Below, piece by piece: positions 1 to 10,107 of a stretch of DNA of 64,000 nt. Both the position numbers and the translations under genes were made by a program. The stretch lies in assembly GCA_964468755.1 (NCBI GenBank), contig CAYXWH010000001.1:15148-79147 (forward strand). The letters are read 5' to 3'. Below the pieces are notes generated by a model. That model made no database searches. It had not been told where the DNA came from and saw only the letters and a list, made by a program, of their open reading frames with translations. The stretch's first letter is position 1. Each line of letters starts with the position of its first letter. The stretch comes from an uncultured Dehalococcoidaceae bacterium. Its GTDB lineage: Bacteria; Chloroflexota; Dehalococcoidia; Dehalococcoidales; RBG-16-60-22.

Positions 1-122
1 TCGGTGACGCTGACCAGAATAACCTCCCTGGTATCACAGCCAGCAGCGATAGCCTCCACATGGGGTAAAACACATTCCGCCAGCTTCGAGCCATCCAGTG
101 GAATCATAATCCTTTTATACAT
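1..122 (-). CDS. universal stress protein (UspA family), N-terminal fragment; gene continues past window start
   Basis: Reverse-strand translation from ATG (rc of 120-122) gives MYKRIMIPLDGSKLAECVLPHVEAIAAGCDTREVILVSVT, a UspA-like N-terminus. AGGAGG (rc of 130-135) lies 7 nt upstream. Confidence 0.55.
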   Translation of the reverse strand, partial: MYKRIMIPLDGSKLAECVLPHVEAIAAGCDTREVILVSVT

Positions 123-761
123 CTGCCTGCCTCCTTGTCCGGTGCTGTACCGGTAATCCCTCCACCCTGAATGCTTACCTGCCTATTTCCAGCTCAGCCG
201 GTGTGGGTATCCAGGAACGAAACGCAAAGTAAAAATGATACCTGTAAGTATAGCAGAAATACGGAGATTGACAAGTGACTTGTAACCGGCATATTTGGAA
301 TCTGAACATGTCGTTATCCGCTCTGCCATGATATTTCCCATATCATTCTATTCACGAGCCTGACAAGACAGGAGGTAGATTATTGATACCAGCATGGCAC
401 ATAAAATTAGTATTGTCAATTGTCAGTTCGAAACCAGAAACTATAATTAATGCCCGTTCTGACCATCACACAGGCAAAGGTTGTGCTTTTTGTGATATTC
501 TGTTATCATTGCAGTAATATTCTGATACTGCACATCAAGCACTTGCTACTGAGCACATAGTGCTAAAGAGAATTGTTTCTCTATCTCTCTAGTACTGTAC
601 TGGTCCAGACTCCAGCACCCAAATAGTAACCGGGGGCACCATATTCTTTGTCAGTATATCAACTGATACCGCTATTAGCCGAACCAATGATACCGGGGCA
701 TACTGTCCAAGGATGTGACTGGTAAAAACCAACTGCCACTGTTGGAGATTAACTATTCACC

Positions 762-2144
762 ATGCAAGAGACACCAATTACCGATGGAAGAACGGTATCT
801 TATGGTAGGGACTGGACAAAGGGCAGCATTACCAAAAATCTGCTCCAGCTCTCCTGGCCTATAGTAATAAGCCAGAGTCTCAACATGATTGGTCCCACCA
901 TTGACATGATATGGGTGGGGAAGCTTGGTGCCGCTCCCATTGCCGGAGTGGGCGTTGCCGGTACCGTTGTCATGTTTATGACCTCGGCGATAATGGGTCT
1001 TGCCATAGGCACCAGAGCCATGATTGCCCGCTTCATTGGAGCCGGTGATACCACAGGGGCGAACCATGTGGCCCGGCAGGCATTCGTCATCAGCGCCATG
1101 TTTGCCGCACTCATGATTACCATCGGCATCTCCCTCGCCGAACCTATATTAGCCCTGATGGGAGTGGAACCAGAGGTGGTCGCTGAGGGGGCGGTCTATA
1201 TGCGCATCATGTTCGTAGGGGCATCCACCATGACCTTCCGGATGATGGCGGAAGGTATTATGCAGGCTTCGGGAGATTCCATCACCCCAATGCGAATAGC
1301 CATCCTTTTCCGCGCCGTCCATGTCGCCCTTTGTCCCTTCATGGTCCTGGGCTGGTGGATATTCCCCAATCTGGGCGTTACCGGTGCCGCGCTGACCAAT
1401 GTCATTTCCCAGTCTCTGGGCTTGGCACTGGCATTCTGGGTACTTTTCAGCGGCAAAACCCATTTGCGACTAACCATGCAGAATTTTCGTGTCGACTTCA
1501 GAATGATATGGCGCATCATCAGGATAGGCCTGCCCGCTTCAGTTATGGCTACACAACGGGGCCTGGGCCATCTCGTCCTGACGATGTTCATGGTGCCCTT
1601 CGGTACGCTGGCAGTAGCGGCACATACCCTGTGGCAGAGGGTGGAGATGGTAGTGGTCATGCTCAATATGGGAATAGGTATCGGGGCTGGTGTGCTGGTG
1701 GGTCAAAATCTTGGCGCCAATAATCCGGGAAGGGCGGAGAGAAGTGGTTGGCTGGCACTGGCTATTACCCAGGCATTTGTCACGCTCTGCGCCATCGCAA
1801 TACTCGTGTGGCCGGAATACATCGTTCGTATCTTTAACACGGAACCAAATCTTATCGCCACCGCCAGCAGCTTCCTGAGAATAGCCGCCACCGGCTACTT
1901 CGTTCTCAGTTCGGTTGTTGTCCTGGAGAACTGTATATCCGGCGCCGGAGACACCGTGCCACCGATGCTTTTTGAGATTGTACAGCGCTGGGTAATAATA
2001 GTGCCCCTGGCCTTCTTCCTGCCCAACATAGCCGGACTGGGCATGTACGGAGTACGCTGGGCAATAGTCGCCGGTATGATCCTCGGCGCCTTTATCTACG
2101 CCGCCTATTTCCGGCTGGGAAGATGGAAACGGAAAAGGATATAA
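762..2144 (+). CDS. MATE family efflux transporter
   Basis: 460 aa, hydrophobic throughout (about 12 TM). The N-terminal LLQLSWPIVISQSLNMIGPTIDMIWVGKLG block is typical of the MATE/NorM family. Confidence 0.85.
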   Translation: MQETPITDGRTVSYGRDWTKGSITKNLLQLSWPIVISQSLNMIGPTIDMIWVGKLGAAPIAGVGVAGTVVMFMTSAIMGLAIGTRAMIARFIGAGDTTGANHVARQAFVISAMFAALMITIGISLAEPILALMGVEPEVVAEGAVYMRIMFVGASTMTFRMMAEGIMQASGDSITPMRIAILFRAVHVALCPFMVLGWWIFPNLGVTGAALTNVISQSLGLALAFWVLFSGKTHLRLTMQNFRVDFRMIWRIIRIGLPASVMATQRGLGHLVLTMFMVPFGTLAVAAHTLWQRVEMVVVMLNMGIGIGAGVLVGQNLGANNPGRAERSGWLALAITQAFVTLCAIAILVWPEYIVRIFNTEPNLIATASSFLRIAATGYFVLSSVVVLENCISGAGDTVPPMLFEIVQRWVIIVPLAFFLPNIAGLGMYGVRWAIVAGMILGAFIYAAYFRLGRWKRKRI

Positions 2145-2315
2145 ACCGGCAAGCCGCCAGGGGTTATACTGCCATATACCACGATTTCATGGTCTATATC
2201 GATGTTCGGCTTCAATCGGTAAAACCAAAATTATTTTTTACTCATTTTTTTATAAATTAATATTATCTTAACATTTTTGTATTATTATTAGGCATTCTTA
2301 TCATAGCCAGCCAAA

Positions 2316-2344
2316 TTGACAATTACCGGTGGATGATTTACTAT
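2316..2344 (+). promoter_or_regulatory. sigma70-type promoter TTGACA-17-TACTAT, preceded by a very AT-rich tract (2220-2300)
   Basis: The -35 is at 2316-2321 and the -10 at 2339-2344. The ATG at 2361 lies only 17 nt after the -10 and has no SD. Confidence 0.5.
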
Positions 2345-2360
2345 AGCTGACAAACTGCAT

Positions 2361-3656
2361 ATGGTAGACAACCTACTGGAACAATATACCAAAGCCCAGC
2401 AAAGCAGGCAAGTCTATTTTAAGCGCCGGAAGATAGTTATTGCCGCTGTCAGTAGCTTCATTATACTCACCGCCACATTCTTCGGTCTCTATGGCTACAC
2501 CGACAAAATACTGGGACCTGATGTATCGCTAGACTCCGTCTCCGCCGCCGGGGAATGGGCGATGTTCCATCATTCGCCTTCCCATGCCGGAAGTATCAAT
2601 CCCGGCAGTAGCCCACCCCAGGGCACAATAAAGTCCGTTTTTGCTACCGGCGGCGCTATTTACTCCTCACCGGCAGTAGCCGATGGTATCGTCTATTTCG
2701 GCTCCAGAGATAACAAACTGTATGCCCTGGACACAGCCAGCGGTACCAAACTCTGGGAATTCGAGACCGGTAGCTGGGTAGATTCGTCGCCGGTGGTAGC
2801 CAACGGCACTGTCTATTTCGGCTCAAATGATAGCCGGCTCTACGCCCTCGATGCACGTACCGGTGAAGAGCGGTGGTGCTTCAAGACAGACTATGCTATC
2901 AGGTCGGCCCCGGCGGTAGCCGACGGCATCGTGGTTTTAGGCTCCACTGATTTTTATATCTATGGACTGGATGCCAGCAACGGAACGGAACTCTGGAGAT
3001 TTGAAACCGGAAATAATGTTACCTCGTCACCGGTGATAGTCAATGGCATCGTCTACATTGGCTCAATGGATGGCTCGCTTTATGCCCTGAATGCCGACAG
3101 CGGCCGGCTCCGGCTTCGCTACGAAGCATACTCGCCGCTAGCCGTTTCCCCGGCAGCAGGTAACGGTATTGTCTATTTCGGCAGTCACGGCGGTTTTGTT
3201 TACGCCATTGATGCCATGGCTCGAAACTGGCCCTTTGAAAACAACCTGATACCATATTGGAGAACGCTGTTCATATACGGGGTCCTTCCCCAACCCCCAT
3301 TGCCCTCCGGCTTGTTATGGTCCCTCAATCTGAGAGAAACAATCAGTTCCTCACCGACACTGTCGGGGGATAACCTGTACATAAGCGCGGGACATGAGCT
3401 GTTTGCCATAGATATTCAGCAACAGGAAACGCGCTGGTCATTTGAGACCGGGGATATCATACTTTCCTCGCCGGCAGTAGTTAACAAAACGGTCTATGTG
3501 GGCAGTACTGACGGTCACCTCTATGCCCTGGAGGCGACTACCGGTAACAAGCTATGGGACATCCCTTGCGGAGGCTGGATTAGTTCATCCCCGGCCGTAG
3601 CTAACGGGGAAATCTTTCTCGGCTCGCATGACGGTAACCTTTATATCATCGAGTAG
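2361..3656 (+). CDS. membrane-anchored PQQ-like (BamB/YVTN-type) beta-propeller repeat protein
   Basis: 431 aa with an N-terminal TM helix (IVIAAVSSFIILTATFFGLYG). It carries about 8 repeats of the pattern SSPAVADGIVYFGSxDxxLYALDAxxGxxLW. Confidence 0.75.
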   Translation: MVDNLLEQYTKAQQSRQVYFKRRKIVIAAVSSFIILTATFFGLYGYTDKILGPDVSLDSVSAAGEWAMFHHSPSHAGSINPGSSPPQGTIKSVFATGGAIYSSPAVADGIVYFGSRDNKLYALDTASGTKLWEFETGSWVDSSPVVANGTVYFGSNDSRLYALDARTGEERWCFKTDYAIRSAPAVADGIVVLGSTDFYIYGLDASNGTELWRFETGNNVTSSPVIVNGIVYIGSMDGSLYALNADSGRLRLRYEAYSPLAVSPAAGNGIVYFGSHGGFVYAIDAMARNWPFENNLIPYWRTLFIYGVLPQPPLPSGLLWSLNLRETISSSPTLSGDNLYISAGHELFAIDIQQQETRWSFETGDIILSSPAVVNKTVYVGSTDGHLYALEATTGNKLWDIPCGGWISSSPAVANGEIFLGSHDGNLYIIE

Positions 3657-3977
3657 TACACCAAGACCGGGGGTGAATAGCCATCTTTTCAATAAGAAAC
3701 GCTGTCGGCAAAAGAGGCGTTGCCACTGGCGGTTACTATCGCTGACCGTATCCAATAACCGGAACAACTTGACCACTCCAGCACCGCCTGCCCTTTTCCC
3801 CGGGGCTTTTTCCTCAGGGTCAATTCAGCACGGTCGCTTTACAATGGCACTAGTCATCCCATATCTCCTGTGGAACCCTATTATTACACAGAAGCGAGTT
3901 CGCCATTACCCGTGAAAGGCACGGCATCACCGGCGACTGTACCAGGGCGAGTCCCGTGCCTGATTGGTTGGACAGCA

Positions 3978-5015
3978 CTAAATCTGGTGACAGGCTACCT
4001 CGTGACCACCACCGATATCATGCAGCGGTGGAATGATCTGGCTGCATTCCGGCTTCGCATAGGCGCAGCGGGGGTGAAAACTACAGCCGGGAGGTGGATT
4101 AAGCGGGCTGGGCACTTCACCTTTAAGGATAATTCGCTCGCGCTTCTCCTCCACAAAGGGGTCAGCTATGGGCACCGCCGACAGGAGCGCCTTGGTGTAA
4201 GGGTGCATCGGATTACTGTAGAGTTCCTCGGAACTGGTAATCTCGACGATACGCCCCAGATACATTACCGCCACTCTATTACTGATGTGCCGCACCACGG
4301 ACAGGTCATGAGCAATGAAGAGATAGGTCAGCCCTTTCAAACCTGCCTGAAGCTCCTCCAGAAGATTGATTATCTGGGCCTGAATGGAAACATCCAGCGC
4401 TGAAATAGGCTCATCACAGATTATTAATGAAGGTTCACAGGCAAGGGCACGGGCAACTCCGATACGCTGCCGCTGACCACCGCTGAATTCATGCGGGACC
4501 CGGTCGACCATGCTGGGGTCAAGCCCGACAATACGGAATAACTGCTCTATTCTCTCCTCATATTCACCCTTGGTAGTGACCATGTGGTGCACCAGTAACG
4601 GCTCACCAACAATACTTCCCGCACTCTGGCGCGGGTCAAGCGAACCGTAGGGGTCCTGAAAGATGAGTGCCATTTTACGGCGAAGCGGTCTTATTTTCCT
4701 CTCCGATACTCTGGAAATATCAAGCCCTTCAAAAAGTATCCGTCCCGCAGTGGGGTCATATAACCGTAAAATACAACGGCCGGTGGTCGTCTTACCACAG
4801 CCGCTCTCACCGACCAGTCCCAGCGTTTCGCCCCTTTTCACCTTGAAACTTACATCATCAACCGCCTTCACATCAGCAATCTTGTGTTTTAAAAGTCCCC
4901 TTGTCACCGGGAAATACATTTTCAGGTTGCTGACATCCAGGACTATATTATTTTGCGTTGAGTTCACCAACCTTTTCCTCCATATTGGCATAGCAAGCAA
5001 CATAATGCTGGTCAT
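3978..5015 (-). CDS. oligopeptide/dipeptide ABC transporter ATP-binding protein (OppF/DppF-like)
   Basis: Walker A GESGCGKTT, signature SGGQRQR, Walker B LIICDEP and the C-terminal oligopeptide-type extension are present. The start is uncertain because it overlaps the upstream gene (alternatives 4991 or 4967). Confidence 0.85.
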   Translation of the reverse strand: MTSIMLLAMPIWRKRLVNSTQNNIVLDVSNLKMYFPVTRGLLKHKIADVKAVDDVSFKVKRGETLGLVGESGCGKTTTGRCILRLYDPTAGRILFEGLDISRVSERKIRPLRRKMALIFQDPYGSLDPRQSAGSIVGEPLLVHHMVTTKGEYEERIEQLFRIVGLDPSMVDRVPHEFSGGQRQRIGVARALACEPSLIICDEPISALDVSIQAQIINLLEELQAGLKGLTYLFIAHDLSVVRHISNRVAVMYLGRIVEITSSEELYSNPMHPYTKALLSAVPIADPFVEEKRERIILKGEVPSPLNPPPGCSFHPRCAYAKPECSQIIPPLHDIGGGHEVACHQI

Positions 5016-5973
5016 GCAATTGTTTCAGTGGCGGCCAGGGTTCCTGTCGACACCGGTCAATGCTGTAGGGACACCTCGGGAGAAAAGCACAGGTGGTTGG
5101 CATATTAACCAGATTGGGTGGCAAGCCGACAATAGGGACCAGCTTCCGTCCCCGCTCTTCATCCAGCCGTGGCACGCACTTGAGCAGACCCATGGTATAG
5201 GGGTGCCGAGGCCTGGCAAAAATATCCTTGGTGGTACCCGCCTCAACAATGCGTCCGGCATACATCACATATATCCGCTGGGCATACCGGGCTACCACCC
5301 CCAGGTTGTGGGTCACCACCACCAGCGAGGCACGGAAATGGTCAACCATGTCCTTCATCAATTCCAGTAGCTGTGCCTGAGTGGTGACATCCAGAGCAGT
5401 AGTTGGCTCATCGGCTACCAGTATCCGGGGGTTGCAGGAAAGTGCCATAGCAATCATCACCCTCTGCCGCATACCTCCGCTAAACTGGTGGGGATAGTCA
5501 TCAATACGGCTTTCCGCGCTGGGGATACCCACCAGTTTGAGCAATTCAATAGACCGTTCTCTGGCAGTTTCCCGGTTCATGCCCAGGTGCAACTCCAGCG
5601 TTTCCGATATCTGCCGACAGATGGTCATGACCGGATTCAACGAGGTCATTGGTTCCTGGAAAACCATGGCGATTTTGGCGCCGCGGACGGAACGCATTTC
5701 CGGCCCGTGCGCCGGATACTTGAGCAAGTCCCGTCCCTCAAAGATGACCTCACCACCCACTATTTCACCCGGTGGTGTCGGTATCAATTGCATTGTTGAT
5801 AGCTGGCTCACCGATTTGCCGCAACCACTTTCCCCTACCAGGCCGATTATCTCAAGCTCATCTATATAATAGGAAATACCATCCACCGCTTTGACCAGAC
5901 CTGCTTCCGTGGAAAAATGGGTCTTCAGGTTGCTTACTTCCAGCAGATGTGACATTTCATCTCCCTCAACCAT
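4948..5973 (-). CDS. oligopeptide/dipeptide ABC transporter ATP-binding protein (OppD/DppD-like)
   Basis: Walker A GESGCGKS, signature SGGMRQR and Walker B ILVADEPTTALD are present. A likelier start is ATG at 5955 (MSHLLEVSNL), preceded by GAGGGAG. Confidence 0.85.
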   Translation of the reverse strand: MVEGDEMSHLLEVSNLKTHFSTEAGLVKAVDGISYYIDELEIIGLVGESGCGKSVSQLSTMQLIPTPPGEIVGGEVIFEGRDLLKYPAHGPEMRSVRGAKIAMVFQEPMTSLNPVMTICRQISETLELHLGMNRETARERSIELLKLVGIPSAESRIDDYPHQFSGGMRQRVMIAMALSCNPRILVADEPTTALDVTTQAQLLELMKDMVDHFRASLVVVTHNLGVVARYAQRIYVMYAGRIVEAGTTKDIFARPRHPYTMGLLKCVPRLDEERGRKLVPIVGLPPNLVNMPTTCAFLPRCPYSIDRCRQEPWPPLKQLHDQHYVACYANMEEKVGELNAK

Positions 5974-5976
5974 ACT

Positions 5977-6876
5977 CTAGAGTGTTCCTCTCAGCCTGGG
6001 GTCAAGAGCATCACGCAGACCGTCACCGACCATATTAAAGGCAAACACCACCAGCATGATAGCGATTCCAGGCGCAAAAGAGAGCACCGGGACAGTCAGC
6101 AAGTAGCGATAGCCCTCACTCACCATGGCTCCCCAGGCAGCACCCGGCGGGTCTATGCCAATGCCAAGGAAGCTGAGACCGGCTTCAGCAAGTATGGCAG
6201 CACCAATCATCATTGTCATCAGCACTATCAGCGGCGGGAAGGCATTGGGAGCGATATGCCGCAACATGACCCGCCAGTTACCGGCCCCGATAGCATGCGC
6301 CGCGACAACATAATCATTTTCCTTGATGTGGAGCGCCTGCCCACACATCAACCTCGCATAAGGCGGTATCATAGAGATGCCCAGGGCAATCACAATATTT
6401 CTCAACCCCCCACCCAGCAGGGCGGCGATGGTGAGCGCCAGCAGTATCATCGGGAATGCCATCAGGGCATCGATAACCCTCATGATAACACTATACGTCC
6501 AGCCACCGAAGTAGCCGGCAACAAGCCCCAGGGTCATACCGACAGTGGCGGCAAAAAAAATTGCCACGAAACCGACAATCAGTGACGTCCGTGACCCGTA
6601 AATAATCCGACTAAGCGTATCCCTGCCCAAGGTATCAGTACCCAACAAGTGCTCGGTACTGGGACTGGCTTTTACATTATCGAGATCCTGCAAATAAGGG
6701 TCATAGGGAGCCAGCCAGTTGGCAAAAATGGCGGTAATCATCAAGCCTATCAGTATAATCATGCCGAAGATAACTATTCTTCGTCCAAAGAATACAGTGA
6801 TAAAACGCTTCCACGCGCTTACTCGCGGTGGTGCTTCTATAAATTCCTGTATTACTGTTTCCCTACTTTCTGACAT
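5977..6876 (-). CDS. ABC transporter permease (OppC/DppC-like)
   Basis: 299 aa with about 6 TM and a BPD-transporter EAA-type loop (AAHAIGAGNWRVMLRHIAPNA). Confidence 0.85.
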   Translation of the reverse strand: MSESRETVIQEFIEAPPRVSAWKRFITVFFGRRIVIFGMIILIGLMITAIFANWLAPYDPYLQDLDNVKASPSTEHLLGTDTLGRDTLSRIIYGSRTSLIVGFVAIFFAATVGMTLGLVAGYFGGWTYSVIMRVIDALMAFPMILLALTIAALLGGGLRNIVIALGISMIPPYARLMCGQALHIKENDYVVAAHAIGAGNWRVMLRHIAPNAFPPLIVLMTMMIGAAILAEAGLSFLGIGIDPPGAAWGAMVSEGYRYLLTVPVLSFAPGIAIMLVVFAFNMVGDGLRDALDPRLRGTL

Positions 6877-6890
6877 GCTTGCCTTCCCCT

Positions 6891-7850
6891 CTATTGATAA
6901 CGGATCCTGGGATCAATCCAGCCATAGGAAATATCTACCAGCAAGTTCGACAATACTATTACGGCAGCCATCATTAACGTCACTCCCTGGACTATTGCGT
7001 AGTCCTGACTGAACAACGCGTCTACTGCCAGGCGGCCCATACCCGGGATATTGAAAACCACCTCAATCAGTACCGCACCGCCCAGCACACGCGGAACTGC
7101 CATGCCTCCCAGGGTAACTACCGGAATAATGCCGTTTCTTACCGCATGCCGCATCACCACGGTACGTTCTCGCAATCCCTTGGACCAGGCAGTGCGAATG
7201 TAGTCCTGACGAATCACTTCCAGCATGGCAGACCGGGTCTGACGAGTTGAACCGGCCATATGCGGCAAAGACAAACAGAAAGCCGGCATAACAAGTTGCT
7301 GGGTGCTCATCCAGAAATCCTTAAACGGGGAGGTATAACCCTGAATGGGCAGCCACCCGAGGTAAAGTCCGAACCCATATATCAGTAGAATACCTACCCA
7401 GAAAATGGGAGCACATATCCCGATATTTGCCAGGGTAGTCAGCGTCGTATCTGCCCATCTGCCCCGCCTCACCGCCGTGATTACGCCCGCCGGTATGCCT
7501 ATAATATGAGCCACAATGAAAGATATAACACCAAGGTGAAGTGTCACCGGCAATGCCCGACCAATTTCCTCGGCAACGGTAGTGCCCATGAATATGGACT
7601 CACCTAGGTCTCCCCGGAAGATGCCGCCAAACCAGTACACGTACTGAAGCAACAATGGCTGGTCCAACCCGAACTGAGCCCGTAAGGCGGCAATCTCCTC
7701 GGCAGAGGTCATACGGGTAAATTCATCCTGGCTGACGTAAAGCAAAATAGGGTCACCCGGCAGCAGCCGCATAATCAGGAACACCCCCAAGGTAGCCAGC
7801 ACCAGGACGAATATCGCCTGAATCAGTCTACGTACAATATAGGTTGTCAC
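6891..7850 (-). CDS. ABC transporter permease (OppB/DppB-like)
   Basis: 319 aa. The N-terminus MTTYIVRRLIQAIFVLVLATLGVFLIMRLLPGDP is the canonical OppB/DppB start, and the loop YIRTAWSKGLRERTVVMRHAVRNG is present. Confidence 0.85.
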   Translation of the reverse strand: MTTYIVRRLIQAIFVLVLATLGVFLIMRLLPGDPILLYVSQDEFTRMTSAEEIAALRAQFGLDQPLLLQYVYWFGGIFRGDLGESIFMGTTVAEEIGRALPVTLHLGVISFIVAHIIGIPAGVITAVRRGRWADTTLTTLANIGICAPIFWVGILLIYGFGLYLGWLPIQGYTSPFKDFWMSTQQLVMPAFCLSLPHMAGSTRQTRSAMLEVIRQDYIRTAWSKGLRERTVVMRHAVRNGIIPVVTLGGMAVPRVLGGAVLIEVVFNIPGMGRLAVDALFSQDYAIVQGVTLMMAAVIVLSNLLVDISYGWIDPRIRYQ

Positions 7851-7915
7851 CGCTCATCTCCATCAATATATGGTTGGTGTTAAACGACCCGGCTAAACCA
7901 TTCTTTGACTGGTAC

Positions 7916-7952
7916 AGGTGTGTGACCGGTGTTTAGCCCCGGTCACACACCT
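7916..7952 (-). promoter_or_regulatory. intercistronic 14-bp perfect stem-loop between the SBP gene and the first permease gene
   Basis: AGGTGTGTGACCGG (7916-7929) pairs with CCGGTCACACACCT (7939-7952) around a 9-nt loop. No T-tract follows on the coding strand. Confidence 0.5.
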
Positions 7953-7970
7953 CAGAGAACTAACGCTACC

Positions 7971-9626
7971 TCACTCGTTTAGCCAGGCATACTGCAGCTT
8001 GGGATGAGGCCCACCGCCGTACATCAATATCGCGTCCTCAACATACGGGTGAACGATATGAATGAACTGGGCACCCCACAGGGGTACGAACATGGCATTC
8101 TCATAAGCCAGCTTGTCCAGCTTTGCCGCAATTTCCAGTGCCTCAGCCGGGTCATCCTTGTGGAGAGCCTCCTGCAGCAATTCCTGGAAGCCTGCCGGCT
8201 TCTCCACCCCGGCGAAATACATGGACTTTTCGCTGAAGCTCTCCTTGGCACCCTGTAGCGGATTACCCGGTCCGCCGCGCTGGGCTTCACCCCGCAGGTC
8301 ATTGCCCGTCGGTGGCTCAAAGCCCAGCTTGACAAAGGTGGTCTCCGTGACCGGGTTCAGTTCTATTTCAATACCCACCTCGGCAAGCTGTGACTGAACA
8401 GCGATGTTGGGTTCCTGCGGACCCATGGCATTCACCGTGTATTCAACCTTTATCCCCTCGGCGTAGCCGGCTTCAGCTATGAGCTGCTTTGCCTTCTCCG
8501 GGTTATATGTGCGGGGTGTAGTGCCAGGCTCAACACCAGCGTCATGAATGCCCTTGATTATCTCATACGCTGGCGTTCCATAGCCATGCATCAGGGTTTC
8601 TACTATTTTTTCCTTGTCAATGGCATATTCCAGCGCCTCCCGCATCTTCTGGTTGGACCATACAGACTCGGGATCTGCCGAGTGGAATAATATCGCATTA
8701 CCCGGCCCATCGGATACCAAGACCGTGTATTTGCCGGTCTTTTCCAGCTCACCGGCGGTAATCGGATCCACTGAATAGAGGATGTCCACATCCCCTTTGA
8801 GGAACGCCGCCTGGTAGGTCATCGGGTCCTGAATGTGAAGTACTTCCAGCTCATCGAGGTAGGGTACCTGACCCCAGTAGTCCTCATTTTTCTCGTATTT
8901 CACATGCAGGTTACGCGCATAATCGGTCATTATCCAGGGTCCGGTCCCTACCGGGTGGGTGTTCGCCCAGTCCTCGCCGTTCTTTTCGTAGGCGGTTGGG
9001 GAGATGAGGAAACCCTTATCGGAGGCAAGTCCAGCTAGTACCTGGTTATCCCATTCTTTTAGGTTGAGAAGCAGGGTGTAATCATCAATGACTTCAATTG
9101 ATTCCCACAATGCGGAGACGGGGTTTGGGGTGGCGAGAACCTTGTCCAGATTCCACTTGACTGCCTGAGCATTGAAATCGCTACCGTCGTGGAACTTGAT
9201 CCCCTTTCTCAGGTAGAAGGTATAAGATGACTTGTCCGGAGACAGCTCCCACCTGGTCGCCAGCAGAGGTTCATTGGCGCCGGCTTGATCCTCAGACGGC
9301 TCAACAAGCTTCTCCAGGGCGTGCTCGGCATACCAGTGGTCAGCATGGCGGATATTGAGTGGAACGCCAAAGCGGCTGGCAGGTCTCATGAAGTTAACAG
9401 TTAACGTCCCACCTGTTTTGATTTCTTTCCCCGGCGTTGGTGCCGGGGCAGGACCTGGTGCTGGAGCCGGGGCTGGACCCGGCGCGGGACCTGGTGCTGG
9501 TGCTGGTGCTGGGGCTGGGGCTGTGGGTGGGGCGGGACTTGGAGCCGGTTCGGGAGTGGTACAACCACTCAGAATCAAGCCGCTCACTATCAAGGTAGTC
9601 AGGACAACAAAAAATAGCTTCTTCAC
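7971..9626 (-). CDS. ABC transporter substrate-binding lipoprotein, family 5 (peptide/nickel type)
   Basis: 551 aa. It has a lipobox LILSGC, a 40-residue Pro/Ala linker, and then an SBP_bac_5-like body (GGTLTVNF...FHDGSDFNAQAVKWN). Confidence 0.85.
   Translation of the reverse strand: MKKLFFVVLTTLIVSGLILSGCTTPEPAPSPAPPTAPAPAPAPAPGPAPGPAPAPAPGPAPAPTPGKEIKTGGTLTVNFMRPASRFGVPLNIRHADHWYAEHALEKLVEPSEDQAGANEPLLATRWELSPDKSSYTFYLRKGIKFHDGSDFNAQAVKWNLDKVLATPNPVSALWESIEVIDDYTLLLNLKEWDNQVLAGLASDKGFLISPTAYEKNGEDWANTHPVGTGPWIMTDYARNLHVKYEKNEDYWGQVPYLDELEVLHIQDPMTYQAAFLKGDVDILYSVDPITAGELEKTGKYTVLVSDGPGNAILFHSADPESVWSNQKMREALEYAIDKEKIVETLMHGYGTPAYEIIKGIHDAGVEPGTTPRTYNPEKAKQLIAEAGYAEGIKVEYTVNAMGPQEPNIAVQSQLAEVGIEIELNPVTETTFVKLGFEPPTGNDLRGEAQRGGPGNPLQGAKESFSEKSMYFAGVEKPAGFQELLQEALHKDDPAEALEIAAKLDKLAYENAMFVPLWGAQFIHIVHPYVEDAILMYGGGPHPKLQYAWLNE
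9429..9548 (-). repeat. low-complexity GC-rich tandem repeat encoding the (PA)n/(PG)n linker
   Basis: Repeated GCTGG(T/G)GC(T/C)GG units encode PAPSPAPPTAPAPAPAPAPGPAPGPAPAPAPGPAPAPTPG. Confidence 0.8.
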
Positions 9627-9941
9627 TATCCCTCCTTTTTTTGCCTATGGCTCAGCCATAGCATCATTTTCCCAACTAAATACTACGCCATTGGCAACCT
9701 CCTTTTATTTCAGCACATTGCTTAACAGCCATATTATCAGCATAACCTTATCACGTTAATAATTGCTAGATAACAGGCAATCTACGCAATTATATCAAAA
9801 CAATCTCGGGTTGCGGTGTCAGCAACTCGGCGGACATACTGGACAATCCGACAGTCTGATTACGACATACACAACCGCTTTGACCGAATACTACCACAGC
9901 GTTTTACAGGTGTCAACACCTTTTTATATGCCTGTATAACA

Positions 9942-9971
9942 TTGACATTTCACCATTAAATTAGGCATAAT
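9942..9971 (+). promoter_or_regulatory. sigma70-type promoter TTGACA-18-CATAAT upstream of AprA-like copy 1
   Basis: The -35 is at 9942-9947 and the -10 at 9966-9971, about 136 nt upstream of the TTG start at 10108. Confidence 0.45.
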
Positions 9972-10107
9972 ACCGTTAGGAAAAACGCGATGGTTTTTTC
10001 AACTAACCCCGCAGAATGCATATGGTAGCCAAATTGATTGCCGAAACAATGAGACCCCACACCAGAAGTCCCGTATTTCATTGGTTATAAGCTGAGGAGG
10101 TAAAACA

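Noticed and set aside
9429-9548. Short tandem repeats as possible CRISPR arrays (also 25628-25777)
   Set aside because: The units are 6-12 nt and contiguous, with no spacers. They lie inside coding regions encoding Pro-rich linkers, and there are no cas genes.
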